Below the pieces are notes generated by a model. It saw only the letters and a list, made by a program, of their open reading frames with translations, did not search any database and was not told the DNA's origin. Positions 1 through 8,930 of a stretch of DNA of 18,322 nucleotides are shown here, piece by piece. Where the stretch lies: positions 1-18,322 of the forward strand of contig JBDKUN010000032.1 in assembly GCA_039679675.1 (NCBI GenBank). The letters are read 5' to 3'. The stretch's first letter is position 1; every line of letters starts with the position of its first letter. The translations under genes and the position numbers were made by a program. Source of the DNA: Armatimonadota bacterium (lineage in GTDB: Bacteria; Armatimonadota; UBA5829; DTLH01).

Positions 1-114
1 CACGAGGGCGACGAAAATGGCAAAATCGAACACCGGCAATGGCTGCAGGACTTACAGATCATATATGGACAATGCGGGAACTGGTATCCTACAGGCCACC
101 GCCAAGTTAGTTAA
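1..114 (+). CDS. 3' end of an upstream gene entering the window (product not recognised)
   Basis: Frame 1 is open from base 1 ([37 protein letters not shown]) to TAA at 112-114 with gene-like codon usage. Frame 2 is also open, to TGA 152-154, so the frame is uncertain. Confidence 0.35.
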   Translation, partial: HEGDENGKIEHRQWLQDLQIIYGQCGNWYPTGHRQVS

Positions 115-159
115 TGCCACTACCTGCTTTCGTGAGAGAAAAGCTGAGGGCTGATAGCT

Positions 160-801
160 ATGGTAATATATAAAATCGACCCGGAACGTATCGATGAAGA
201 AGCGATAAAGCGCGCGGCATCGGCGCTCAGGCAGGGAAAGCTCGTCATATTCCCTACTGAGACTGTCTACGGGCTCGCTGCCGATGCGTTCGATGCCGGA
301 GCCGCTGCCAAGGTCTTCGCAGCCAAGCGCAGGCACCTTTCCGAAGCACTTCCGGTGCAGATAGGCGAGAAAAACGATATAAAAAAGGTCGCACAGTCGA
401 TTCCCGAAGCCGGGAAGAAGTTGATCGATAAATTTTTTCCCGGCCCGATCACACTTATCCTGATGAAACACGCCAACATCCCGGAAATCGTGACTGCAAA
501 CGGCGATAAGATCGGCGTCAGGATGCCGAACCATCCGGTTGCGCTTAAGATGATCTGGGAATACGGCTGCCCGATAATTGCCACGAGCGCGAACATCTCT
601 GGAGGAGTAGCGCCCAGAACAGCTGCGGATGCGGTTGCCCAGGTCGGAAGCGAGGTAGATGTAGTACTCGATGCAGGACCGGCAGAGTTCGGCCAGGCAT
701 CGACAGTGGTCGATGTGACCGAGGATATTCCGAAGATACTGAGAGTCGGCGCGCTTCCCGTGGAAGAGATAGAAAAGGTAGTCGGCGAGGTACGAAAGTA
801 G
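160..801 (+). CDS. tsaC: L-threonylcarbamoyladenylate synthase (TsaC/YrdC/Sua5 family, single domain, no SUA5 C-terminal domain)
   Basis: Family motifs FPTETVYGL, AKRR (KxR), FFPGPITL, GVRMP, ATSANISG and ASTVVD; 213 aa; GAGGG RBS at 146-150. Confidence 0.93.
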   Translation: MVIYKIDPERIDEEAIKRAASALRQGKLVIFPTETVYGLAADAFDAGAAAKVFAAKRRHLSEALPVQIGEKNDIKKVAQSIPEAGKKLIDKFFPGPITLILMKHANIPEIVTANGDKIGVRMPNHPVALKMIWEYGCPIIATSANISGGVAPRTAADAVAQVGSEVDVVLDAGPAEFGQASTVVDVTEDIPKILRVGALPVEEIEKVVGEVRK

Positions 802-1304
802 TGCAAAACGACAAATTTACGACGGCTTCGAAGGTCAAACGAAGGTCAGTACTTAAGAATATCATCGGCGAGCTGAAATCGGCGGGGAAAACCGTTGTGT
901 TTACGAACGGCTGCTTCGATATACTCCATGTCGGGCACGTGCGTTATCTGGAAGCCGCCCGGTCTTTGGGGGACTGTCTCGTAGTTGCCGTCAACACGGA
1001 TGATACTGTGAATAGGCTCAAGGGCGATTCCCGCCCGCTGGTACCGGAGTTCGAGCGTGCAGAGCTTATAGCGGCGCTCGAATGCGTCGACTACGTGACT
1101 CTCTTTTCTGAGGATACGCCAACAGAGGTCATTACGTATCTTCAGCCGGATATCCACGTAAAAGGCGGCGATTACGCAGCCGACGACCTGCCGGAAGCCG
1201 AAGCTGTAAAGGCCTACGGCGGAAAAATAGTGATAGTCCCGCTTGTCGAAGGGCGTTCCACCACAAATATAATAGCGAAGGTTTTGGAATCTTATGGAAG
1301 TTAA
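801..1304 (+). CDS. rfaE2: D-glycero-beta-D-manno-heptose 1-phosphate adenylyltransferase (stand-alone HldE domain II)
   Basis: VFTNGCFDILHVGHVRYL (HxGH nucleotidyltransferase motif), KGDSRP, VKGGDY, GRSTT. The GTG start overlaps the tsaC stop by 1 nt. Confidence 0.92.
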   Translation: MQNDKFTTASKVKRRSVLKNIIGELKSAGKTVVFTNGCFDILHVGHVRYLEAARSLGDCLVVAVNTDDTVNRLKGDSRPLVPEFERAELIAALECVDYVTLFSEDTPTEVITYLQPDIHVKGGDYAADDLPEAEAVKAYGGKIVIVPLVEGRSTTNIIAKVLESYGS

Positions 1305-2046
1305 TTTCGTTCCGCGCATCGTCGCGATTATCCCGGCAAGGATGGCATCTACCCGCCTGCCGGGGAAGCCTCTTGCCGACATCTGCGGCAAACCGATGAT
1401 CCAGCGGGTCTATGAGCGGGCCAAAAGCGCTGCCCGCGTAAGCGATGTCCTCGTAGCCACCCCGGATAAAGAAGTTATCGACGCCGTTGCCGCATTTGGG
1501 GGAAAGGCCGTCATGACTTCGCCGGACCACCGTTCCGGCACGGACAGACTGGCCGAGGCCGCTTCTGGGCTTAGAGATGACGACATCGTTATCAACGTCC
1601 AGGGCGACGAACCGCTGGTCCCGCCGGATGCCATAGACCAGTTGATAGGGCCACTTCTTAAAGTCGATGCGCCGGAAATGACGAGCCTTATGCGACCCGT
1701 CAGCCGAGCAGATGCTGCCGACCCCAATCTGGTAAAGGTCGTGGTCGACACATCAGGCAAAGCGCTGTATTTTTCCCGATCGCCTATTCCCTATGTGCGG
1801 GACGAACATCCGGCGCTCAAGACCTACGGCCACATCGGGCTTTACGGTTACAGCGTGCGTGCGCTCAAAGAGTTCAGTAAGCTCAAGCCCACCCCGCTTG
1901 AGATGGCGGAGTCGCTGGAACAGCTTCGGGCGCTTGAGTCCGGCTGGCGGATACAGATGCTGGAGACGGATTTCAGTCCTATCGGGATTGACACTGAAGA
2001 AGACCTTATAAAAGTCAGAATGCTGCTTTTGGAGAGATCGGTATGA
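1294..2046 (+). CDS. kdsB: 3-deoxy-manno-octulosonate cytidylyltransferase (CMP-Kdo synthetase)
   Basis: [68 protein letters not shown]. Confidence 0.96.
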   Translation: MEVNFVPRIVAIIPARMASTRLPGKPLADICGKPMIQRVYERAKSAARVSDVLVATPDKEVIDAVAAFGGKAVMTSPDHRSGTDRLAEAASGLRDDDIVINVQGDEPLVPPDAIDQLIGPLLKVDAPEMTSLMRPVSRADAADPNLVKVVVDTSGKALYFSRSPIPYVRDEHPALKTYGHIGLYGYSVRALKEFSKLKPTPLEMAESLEQLRALESGWRIQMLETDFSPIGIDTEEDLIKVRMLLLERSV

Positions 2047-2873
2047 CAAGAGTTGTTAAAGTTGGAAATGTGAATATCGGCGGAGGCGGGCCGTTTGCGC
2101 TGATCGCCGGACCATGCGTTATAGAATCATTGGATTTGTGTCTGGAAGTCGCACAGACCGTAAACTGCATCGCAAAGGAGCTGGGGATACCCTATATCTT
2201 CAAGGCGTCGTTCGACAAGGCCAACAGGACATCGGTCAACTCGGCAAGAGGTCTCGGAGTCGACAAGGGGCTGGAAGTTTTGGCTGAAGTGAAGTCGAAA
2301 GTCGGCGTTCCCGTGCTGACGGATATCCATGAGGTATGGCAGATAGGTCCGGCGGCTGAAGTCGTCGATATTTTGCAGATTCCGGCATTTCTCTGCAGGC
2401 AGACAGACCTTTTAGTTGCTGCCGCATCGAGTGGAAAGCCCATAAATGTGAAAAAAGGCCAGTTTTTAGCTCCGTGGGACATGAAAAACATCGTCGGAAA
2501 GATCGAGAGCACCGGAAACAAGAACCTGCTGCTGACCGAGCGGGGCTGCTCCTTCGGTTACAACACGCTGGTGGTAGATATGTGTTCTCTTCCGATAATG
2601 CGTTCTTACGGATACCCTATAGTTTTCGATGCGACTCACAGCGTTCAACGCCCCGGAGGCCAGGGGAACGCTTCAGGAGGGGCGAGGGAGTTCATCCCAC
2701 ACCTAACGCGCGCCGCGATGGCCGTAGGAATAGATGCGCTCTTCCTGGAAGTCCATCCTGAGCCAGAAAAAGCGCTCTCCGATGCTGCATCCATGCTGAA
2801 GCTCTCGAATGTGAGAGAACTGCTGTCCTCAGCAAAGAAAATCGAAGAAGCCGTGCGTGGGCTGGACAGCTAA
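2043..2873 (+). CDS. kdsA: 3-deoxy-8-phosphooctulonate (KDO8P) synthase, metal-dependent type
   Basis: [63 protein letters not shown] overlap with kdsB. Confidence 0.97.
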   Translation: MTRVVKVGNVNIGGGGPFALIAGPCVIESLDLCLEVAQTVNCIAKELGIPYIFKASFDKANRTSVNSARGLGVDKGLEVLAEVKSKVGVPVLTDIHEVWQIGPAAEVVDILQIPAFLCRQTDLLVAAASSGKPINVKKGQFLAPWDMKNIVGKIESTGNKNLLLTERGCSFGYNTLVVDMCSLPIMRSYGYPIVFDATHSVQRPGGQGNASGGAREFIPHLTRAAMAVGIDALFLEVHPEPEKALSDAASMLKLSNVRELLSSAKKIEEAVRGLDS

Positions 2874-2884
2874 CAATAGTTCTT

Positions 2885-3163
2885 ATGAAGAAAAGGCTCC
2901 GCGCAGTAATTAAGGGAACAGTCCAGGGAGTAGGATACAGGTATTTTGCAATCACCCGCGCGGGGTCGCTCGGACTCAATGGTTGGGTGCGGAATGTCCC
3001 GAACGGCGATGTAGAAGTCGTGGCAGAAGGCGAAGAACCGGCCCTAAGCAGGTTCGAGGAGATGCTGAGGCGCGGCCCGATGGGTGCTTATGTCCGTGAT
3101 GTCATAGCCGTACGCCTCCCTGCAACAGGCGAGTTCCACGACTTCCAGGTGCGCAGGTTTTGA
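2885..3163 (+). CDS. acyP: Acylphosphatase
   Basis: Signatures GTVQGVGYR and GWVRNVPNGDVEV; 92 aa. Confidence 0.94.
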   Translation: MKKRLRAVIKGTVQGVGYRYFAITRAGSLGLNGWVRNVPNGDVEVVAEGEEPALSRFEEMLRRGPMGAYVRDVIAVRLPATGEFHDFQVRRF

Positions 3164-3273
3164 AATACAAATTACACGGACTGACGCGAATGGTGGAGTG
3201 ATTTGCTTCTGCCGGTCCGGGCTGCATTGCAAATACAGCCTGAGTTAATTTCCCATCCCCTTTTTCTGCTCGC

Positions 3274-3284
3274 TGTGCTACAAT
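3274..3284 (+). promoter_or_regulatory. Putative extended -10 promoter (TGTGcTACAAT) for the GH94 gene
   Basis: TG-N-TACAAT 35 nt upstream of the ATG at 3320; no good -35 at 17 bp. Confidence 0.4.
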
Positions 3285-3319
3285 TGCCCTGGCAACAACA
3301 GGTTGTTTGGGAGATTTAA

Positions 3320-5722
3320 ATGCGGCTCGAAGATTACGGACATTTTTCAGAGGACGGCAAGGAATTTATCATCACACGGCCTGACACACCGGCGCCGTGG
3401 GTTAATTATATATCTAACGGACGCTATACCGGACTTATCACGAACGCGGGCGGCGGATTCAGCTACTGGATGGACCCGCGCGACTCTCGGATAACCCGCT
3501 GGAGGTATAACAGCCTCCCCTGGGACAGGCCGGGGCGCTACGTCTACATCCGAGAGGAAGATGGCGACTACTGGTCGCTTTCCTGGCAGCCTACACCCGG
3601 AAAGCTAGATTTCTACGAGTGCCGCCACGGCATGGGATATACTACCATCACCACGGAGCGCCGGGGGCTGCGAGGTGAGATAACTTACTTCGTCCCGCAG
3701 GATGACGACCTTGAGATATGGCTCTTAAAGCTTACGAACAACACCGATAAGGCTCGGAAACTCTCGATATTCTCCTATGTAGAGCTGTGCCTGGGTCACG
3801 CACTGATAGACCTCATCAACCAGCCGAACGACCAGCACTTTAACATCGTAAACTTCGTGCGTGATGACAATACTCTCTACGCCACCAAGAACTACTGGGT
3901 GACGAACCGGGGAGTCTCCGTTGCACAGCCGAACCAGGGCTGGGACAAGTATGTATTCTTCACGACTACGCTCCCTGTATCCGGCTGGGACGGCCTAAAG
4001 GATGAGTTCATCGGCCGCTGGAGGAGCGAGTCCAACCCTGAGGGAATAGAAAAAGGTAAACTCGGGAACACTGACATCACTGCAGGGGACGCCTGTGGCG
4101 CGCTTCAGTCTGAGATAACCCTGGGGCCGGGAGAGTCCATAGAATTTACCGTTCTGCTCGGTGTGACCGGTGTCGAAGACTACCGGGTGAAGGCACAGAG
4201 GATAATTCCAAAGTATATCGAGCCAGCGAAGGCAAAAGTCGAACTTGGCCGCGTCCGCAACTGGTGGGATGAGTATCTTTCTCCCATTCATGTCGAGACA
4301 CCGGACAATGAAATGAACATCATGTTGAACGCCTGGGGGATGCGCCAGTCCTGGGTGACATTCAATATGAACCGAAACGCCGGTTACTACCACGGCGGGC
4401 TTCTGTTCGGCGTCGGAATCAGAGACCAGTCCCAGGACTTGATGGGGCCGATACTATCTCAGCCCAACGAAGTCGCAGACAGGATAGCCGAAGTTGTGTC
4501 GCACCAGTTTCAGGACGGCAGCACCCTCCACAACTACTTCAAGCTGACCGGACAGGGCGAAAAGACCGGGCATTCGGACACCCCGCTCTGGCTGCCGCTT
4601 GCAGTGATGACTTACCTCAAGGAGACCGGCGATTTTGCGTTCCTCGGCCGCAAAGTCGGCTTCCAGGACGGCGGAGAGCCTGCGAACGTGCTCGACCACA
4701 TCATCCGGGCAGTCGATTACACCCTTTCGAACCTCACTCCGAACCATTTACCCAAATTCGGGCCAGGCGACTGGAACGACACCCTTGATTACGTAGGCCG
4801 GAAGGGCATCGGCGAGAGCATGTGGGTAGCCGAGTTCCTGTGCTTCATCTTAAGGGAGATGATTGGGCTGCTTGGCAGGGAGCAGGAGAAAGAAGTAGCC
4901 CAACGGTATCGAATTGAGTATGACAAGATCGCCCGTGCGCTGAACGAGCTTTGCTGGGACGGCGAGTGGTATATCCGGGGGACACGGGATGACGGCGGAG
5001 TGATCGGCTCAAGCAAGAATGAGGAAGGCCGGATCTTCCTGAACACCCAGACCTGGGCCGTAATAAGCGGAATCGCCCCACCCGACCGCGCGAAGATGTG
5101 TATGGAATCCGCATGGCAGATGCTTAGCACCCCGCGCGGGCCGAAGATGCTCCATCCGGCTTATACGAAGGTCGATCCCGGAGTAGGGCTTGCCACGAGG
5201 TGCGTTCCCGGCAAGAAGGAAAACGGCGCGATATTCAACCATCCGGCAAGCTGGGGTATACTCGCCCAGTGCGTCCTTGGAAACGGCGACAGGGCTTATG
5301 AGTGGTACCGAAAGTGCCTGCCGATAGTCCAGGCATCCGACCCGGACATCTACAAAATGGAGCCTTATGTCTATTCGGAATACGTCACGAGCCCCGACCA
5401 CCCGACATTCGGGCAGGCGAGCCACTCATGGCTTACAGGTTCAGGTGTCTGGATGTTCAGAGACGGGATTGACTGGATACTGGGCGTCCGCCCGACCTAC
5501 GACGGGCTGATGATCGACCCGTGCATTCCGAGCAACTGGGACGGCTACAAGATCACCCGCCGGTACCGCGGCGTGACCTACGAGATCGAAGTCAAGAACC
5601 CTGCTCACGTTCAGCACGGGCCTCTCGATATAGAGATGAACGGCGAGAAAATAGCCGGAAACGTCCTTCCGGTTCTTCCGGAAGGTGAAAAAGCCGAAGT
5701 GGTTGTGGTAATTAGGGGATGA
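3320..5722 (+). CDS. GH94 glycoside phosphorylase (cellobiose/chitobiose phosphorylase-like; substrate unassigned)
   Basis: N-terminus [31 protein letters not shown] (RDxxQD), catalytic [20 protein letters not shown]; 800 aa as typical for GH94; GGGAG RBS. Confidence 0.92.
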   Translation: MRLEDYGHFSEDGKEFIITRPDTPAPWVNYISNGRYTGLITNAGGGFSYWMDPRDSRITRWRYNSLPWDRPGRYVYIREEDGDYWSLSWQPTPGKLDFYECRHGMGYTTITTERRGLRGEITYFVPQDDDLEIWLLKLTNNTDKARKLSIFSYVELCLGHALIDLINQPNDQHFNIVNFVRDDNTLYATKNYWVTNRGVSVAQPNQGWDKYVFFTTTLPVSGWDGLKDEFIGRWRSESNPEGIEKGKLGNTDITAGDACGALQSEITLGPGESIEFTVLLGVTGVEDYRVKAQRIIPKYIEPAKAKVELGRVRNWWDEYLSPIHVETPDNEMNIMLNAWGMRQSWVTFNMNRNAGYYHGGLLFGVGIRDQSQDLMGPILSQPNEVADRIAEVVSHQFQDGSTLHNYFKLTGQGEKTGHSDTPLWLPLAVMTYLKETGDFAFLGRKVGFQDGGEPANVLDHIIRAVDYTLSNLTPNHLPKFGPGDWNDTLDYVGRKGIGESMWVAEFLCFILREMIGLLGREQEKEVAQRYRIEYDKIARALNELCWDGEWYIRGTRDDGGVIGSSKNEEGRIFLNTQTWAVISGIAPPDRAKMCMESAWQMLSTPRGPKMLHPAYTKVDPGVGLATRCVPGKKENGAIFNHPASWGILAQCVLGNGDRAYEWYRKCLPIVQASDPDIYKMEPYVYSEYVTSPDHPTFGQASHSWLTGSGVWMFRDGIDWILGVRPTYDGLMIDPCIPSNWDGYKITRRYRGVTYEIEVKNPAHVQHGPLDIEMNGEKIAGNVLPVLPEGEKAEVVVVIRG

Positions 5723-5733
5723 AGGGATCACAT

Positions 5734-6660
5734 ATGAAAATCGCAAATAACATAGTTGAACTTATCGGCAATACTCCTTTGGTACGGCTGAACAAGGTCG
5801 TGGACGGGGGAAAGGCGGAAATCGCAGCCAAACTGGAGTCTTTCAACCCCGGCGGGAGCGTTAAAGACCGCATCGGCGCCAGTATGATAATGGATGCCGT
5901 CGAAAGCGGCAGGCTGAAGCCCGGCGGAACCATCATAGAGCCGACCAGCGGCAACACCGGGATAGGGCTTGCACTGGTAGCGGCCGCGTTCGGCTATAAA
6001 ATGATCCTGACTATGCCTGATACAATGAGCATTGAGCGGCGGAAGCTCCTCAAAGCCTACGGGGCCGAGGTTGTGCTTACCCCCGGTGCAGAAGGAATGA
6101 TGGGATCTATCCGAAAAGCCGAAGAACTTGCCGCAGAGATTCCGAACTCGATCATCCCGCAGCAGTTCGAGAACCCGGCTAACCCGAAAATCCACCGCGA
6201 GACAACCGCAGAGGAGATTTGGCGTGATACCGATGGAAAAGTCGACATGGTTATCGGCGGAGTCGGCACAGGTGGGACAATCACGGGCATAGCAGAAACA
6301 CTAAAAGGGAAAAAACCGTCGCTCAAGATCATTGCAGTCGAGCCTCAGGGGTCGCCAGTCTTATCAGGAGGGCAGCCAGGCCCGCACGGACTGCAGGGCA
6401 TAGGCGCAGGATTCGTCCCGAAGGTTCTCAAAACCGAACTTCTCGACGAAATATTTCAGGTAACGAACGATCAGGCGCTCGTGATGGGCAGAAGACTTGC
6501 GAAAGAGGAAGGAATCCTTGCCGGAATCTCCGCAGGGGCCGCGGCATACGCCGCAGTCGAGGTCGGAAAGCGCGAAGAAAACACCGGCAAGCTGATCGTC
6601 GTTATCCTGCCGGATACAGGGGAGAGATATTTGAGCACCCCGCTTTTTGAGAACTTGTAG
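5734..6660 (+). CDS. cysK: Cysteine synthase A (O-acetylserine sulfhydrylase)
   Basis: [24 protein letters not shown] (PLP lysine), [31 protein letters not shown]. The ATG at 5734 has an AAGGGA RBS; an alternative in-frame ATG lies at 5719. Confidence 0.95.
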   Translation: MKIANNIVELIGNTPLVRLNKVVDGGKAEIAAKLESFNPGGSVKDRIGASMIMDAVESGRLKPGGTIIEPTSGNTGIGLALVAAAFGYKMILTMPDTMSIERRKLLKAYGAEVVLTPGAEGMMGSIRKAEELAAEIPNSIIPQQFENPANPKIHRETTAEEIWRDTDGKVDMVIGGVGTGGTITGIAETLKGKKPSLKIIAVEPQGSPVLSGGQPGPHGLQGIGAGFVPKVLKTELLDEIFQVTNDQALVMGRRLAKEEGILAGISAGAAAYAAVEVGKREENTGKLIVVILPDTGERYLSTPLFENL

Positions 6661-6669
6661 GAGGCCATT

Positions 6670-7587
6670 ATGCCTGATTCTGAGCTGATAGCGATTACGG
6701 GGGCGTTCGGTTACAGCGGGAGGCACATTGCACGGCGCCTTCTTGCGATGGACAAGCGCGTCATTACGCTTACCGGACACCCCAGGGCGGACAGCGAGTT
6801 TGGAAACCGGATACCCGCCTATCCGCTCGACTTCAGCAAGCCCACCGAGCTTACAGAGAGCCTGAAAGGTGCAAAAACCCTCGTCAACACCTACTGGATT
6901 CGGTTTGCTTTTGGCGATATGACCTTCGACAAGGCCGTCGAGAACAGCAAACGGCTGATAAATGCGGCAAAGGCTGCCGGAGTCGAAAGAATAGTCCATG
7001 TCAGTATAACGAACCCATCGGAAATCTCACCGCTCCCTTATTACAGTGGTAAAGCCCGCGTCGAGAAAGCGATAACGGAATCAGGACTCTCCTACGCGAT
7101 ACTCAGGCCGAATGTGCTCTTCGGGGATGAAGGGATACTCATCAACAACATCGCATGGATGCTGCGCCACTTCCCTATTTTTACTGTGCCCGGCTCCGGC
7201 GAGTATCAAATCCAGCCGATTTATGTCGGGGATCTGGCTGAGCTTGTAGTAAGAAACATCGAGCCGGGAGAAAACGTCGTCTTCGACGCAGCCGGGCCGG
7301 AGATTTACACGTTCAGCGACCTCGTGCGGCTGATCGCGAACAAAACAGGCCGGAGCGCGAGGTTGATCCACCTTCCGCCTTATGTTGCGCTCTTTATGTC
7401 GAGGATCGTGGGCAAGTTTTTGGGCGATGTAGTGCTCACGCGAGACGAAGTCGATGGGCTCCACATGAACCTTCTGGTATCAAGCCAGCCGCCGACCGGG
7501 TGGACGAAACTCTCAGAGTGGCTTGAAAATAACTCGGACTGGCTCGGAACAAGATACATGTCTGAGCTCAAAAAACACTATCGTTAG
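6670..7587 (+). CDS. NAD(P)-binding atypical SDR / epimerase-like protein (complex I NDUFA9-like family)
   Basis: Rossmann motif ITGAFGYSG, YYSGK (YxxxK), ILRPNVLFG, QPIYVGDLA, AGPEIYTF; AGGAGG RBS overlapping the cysK stop. Confidence 0.8.
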   Translation: MPDSELIAITGAFGYSGRHIARRLLAMDKRVITLTGHPRADSEFGNRIPAYPLDFSKPTELTESLKGAKTLVNTYWIRFAFGDMTFDKAVENSKRLINAAKAAGVERIVHVSITNPSEISPLPYYSGKARVEKAITESGLSYAILRPNVLFGDEGILINNIAWMLRHFPIFTVPGSGEYQIQPIYVGDLAELVVRNIEPGENVVFDAAGPEIYTFSDLVRLIANKTGRSARLIHLPPYVALFMSRIVGKFLGDVVLTRDEVDGLHMNLLVSSQPPTGWTKLSEWLENNSDWLGTRYMSELKKHYR

Positions 7588-7638
7588 CGCTTCTAGCAAG
7601 CTTTCACACTGCCAACATATATCCTACTCAGCGCAGAC

Positions 7639-7667
7639 TTGATGTTATCAACGATTTGAGCTATAAT
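7639..7667 (+). promoter_or_regulatory. Sigma70-type promoter for the ECF sigma operon
   Basis: TTGATG(7639-7644)-N17-TATAAT(7662-7667). Confidence 0.6.
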
Positions 7668-7684
7668 TGTTCTTGAAAATATCA

Positions 7685-7711
7685 GGAACTATTCCATAGC
7701 AGATAAGCGTA
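7685..7711 (+). promoter_or_regulatory. Putative ECF-sigma (autoregulatory) promoter
   Basis: GGAACT(7685-7690)-N17-CGTA(7708-7711) matches the AAC/CGT pattern of ECF promoters and lies directly upstream of the ECF gene. Confidence 0.45.
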
Positions 7712-7722
7712 GTTCTAAGTAA

Positions 7723-8316
7723 GTGGAGGCCAAGAAGGTGGAGTTGACCGAGGCGGCGGCCAGCATTGCGCAAAAAGAGGATAGGCAGGCGTTTGATGAG
7801 CTTGTAGAGAGGTATCACAAGCAGGCGTACAACATTGCCTACCGGATGACCGGAAACCACGCCGATGCCGAAGACCTCATCCAGGAAGCGTTTATCCGTG
7901 CTTTCCGCTTTTTTGCTCAGTATAAGCGGGAACTGCCTTTCGATAGCTGGCTGTATAAAATAATGTCCAATGTCTTTATAGACATGCTGAGACGGCGTCC
8001 AAAGGCCCATATTCGCTCACTTGACCAGCCGATTGCGACTGAAGACGGTGAGACACTGCTTGAGATAGCGGATACAGCGCGCGGGCCAGAGGAACTGGTT
8101 ATGTCGCGGGAGATGGACTCCCGCATACAGACCGCTTTGAACTCTATACCTGAGGACTTTCGCCTTGCGGTGATATACGCCGACATAGAAGGACTCTCTT
8201 ACGAAGAAATCGCGGATGCTATGAGCTGCTCCATAGGTACGGTGAGATCAAGATTGCACCGTGGAAGGAAACTGCTCAGAACCCGGCTTAAAACATATAC
8301 TGCTCAGATGGAATAG
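7723..8316 (+). CDS. ECF RNA polymerase sigma factor (SigE/SigW-like)
   Basis: Region 2 (AFDELVERY..DAEDLIQEAF..SWLYKI..N) and region 4 (EGLSYEEIADAMSCSIGTVRSRLHRGR). The true start may be the in-frame GTG at 7738, which has GGAGG at 7725-7729. Confidence 0.93.
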   Translation: MEAKKVELTEAAASIAQKEDRQAFDELVERYHKQAYNIAYRMTGNHADAEDLIQEAFIRAFRFFAQYKRELPFDSWLYKIMSNVFIDMLRRRPKAHIRSLDQPIATEDGETLLEIADTARGPEELVMSREMDSRIQTALNSIPEDFRLAVIYADIEGLSYEEIADAMSCSIGTVRSRLHRGRKLLRTRLKTYTAQME

Positions 8317-8330
8317 GTAGGTGGTTTAAG

Positions 8331-8879
8331 ATGAACTGCCGTCGTGTCTCTAGCCTGATATCTGCTTACATCGACGGCGAGCTGACCGGAGTCGAGATGC
8401 TTGAAATAAGAAGACACCTCGAAGAATGCCGGTCATGCACGCTTCAGTATGAATCGCTGCGCAACGTCAAACAGCTCTTGTCCGGTCTTGCGTACGCCAA
8501 ACCGCGCGCAGGGCTCGCTGACAGGATCTCCAGACGGCTGGACGAAGTCGCAGTCCCCGGTTATATGAAACTCTGGAACAGGGCTTTGGCTTTTACCCAT
8601 GCACGGCTTACACCTGTGGCCGCTGGATGTGTGGCGCTTGGAACCGTGCTTGTTGTCCTTGTATCCGGCCCGACCGTGCAGCCCCAGTTGGCTTTGTCGA
8701 CTCCACATCCTGCACTGCAGGCTTCGTCGATACAACTGCCGTCGTTTCTTACTAATAACAATGTGTCGCCTGCTTCGGTCAGCGAGGACAGGCACACGGG
8801 AATCATTCCCGAACAGCAGCCAGCACAAAATGATTCAGGAATTTTTTGTCTGACAAGTTTCGATTACAGCTCTCGTTAA
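8331..8879 (+). CDS. Transmembrane zinc-binding anti-sigma factor (zf-HC2/ZAS)
   Basis: MNC...LISAYIDGEL...HLEECRSC (HxxxCxxC); one hydrophobic segment (PVAAGCVALGTVLVVLV); directly downstream of the ECF sigma. Confidence 0.88.
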   Translation: MNCRRVSSLISAYIDGELTGVEMLEIRRHLEECRSCTLQYESLRNVKQLLSGLAYAKPRAGLADRISRRLDEVAVPGYMKLWNRALAFTHARLTPVAAGCVALGTVLVVLVSGPTVQPQLALSTPHPALQASSIQLPSFLTNNNVSPASVSEDRHTGIIPEQQPAQNDSGIFCLTSFDYSSR

Positions 8880-8930
8880 CGTCTAATATACTGGATAAGC
8901 TCTTGAGTATGATTAGGAGGAAATCTAGTT

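Noticed and set aside
6364..6999. 211-aa minus-strand ORF and other short antisense ORFs in the track (e.g. 267-806, 846-1391, 17456-18052)
   Set aside because: All overlap well-supported genes on the opposite strand and show no family motifs.
7639..7651. Canonical FNR box
   Set aside because: Spacer is 3 nt rather than 4; kept only as an unassigned palindrome.
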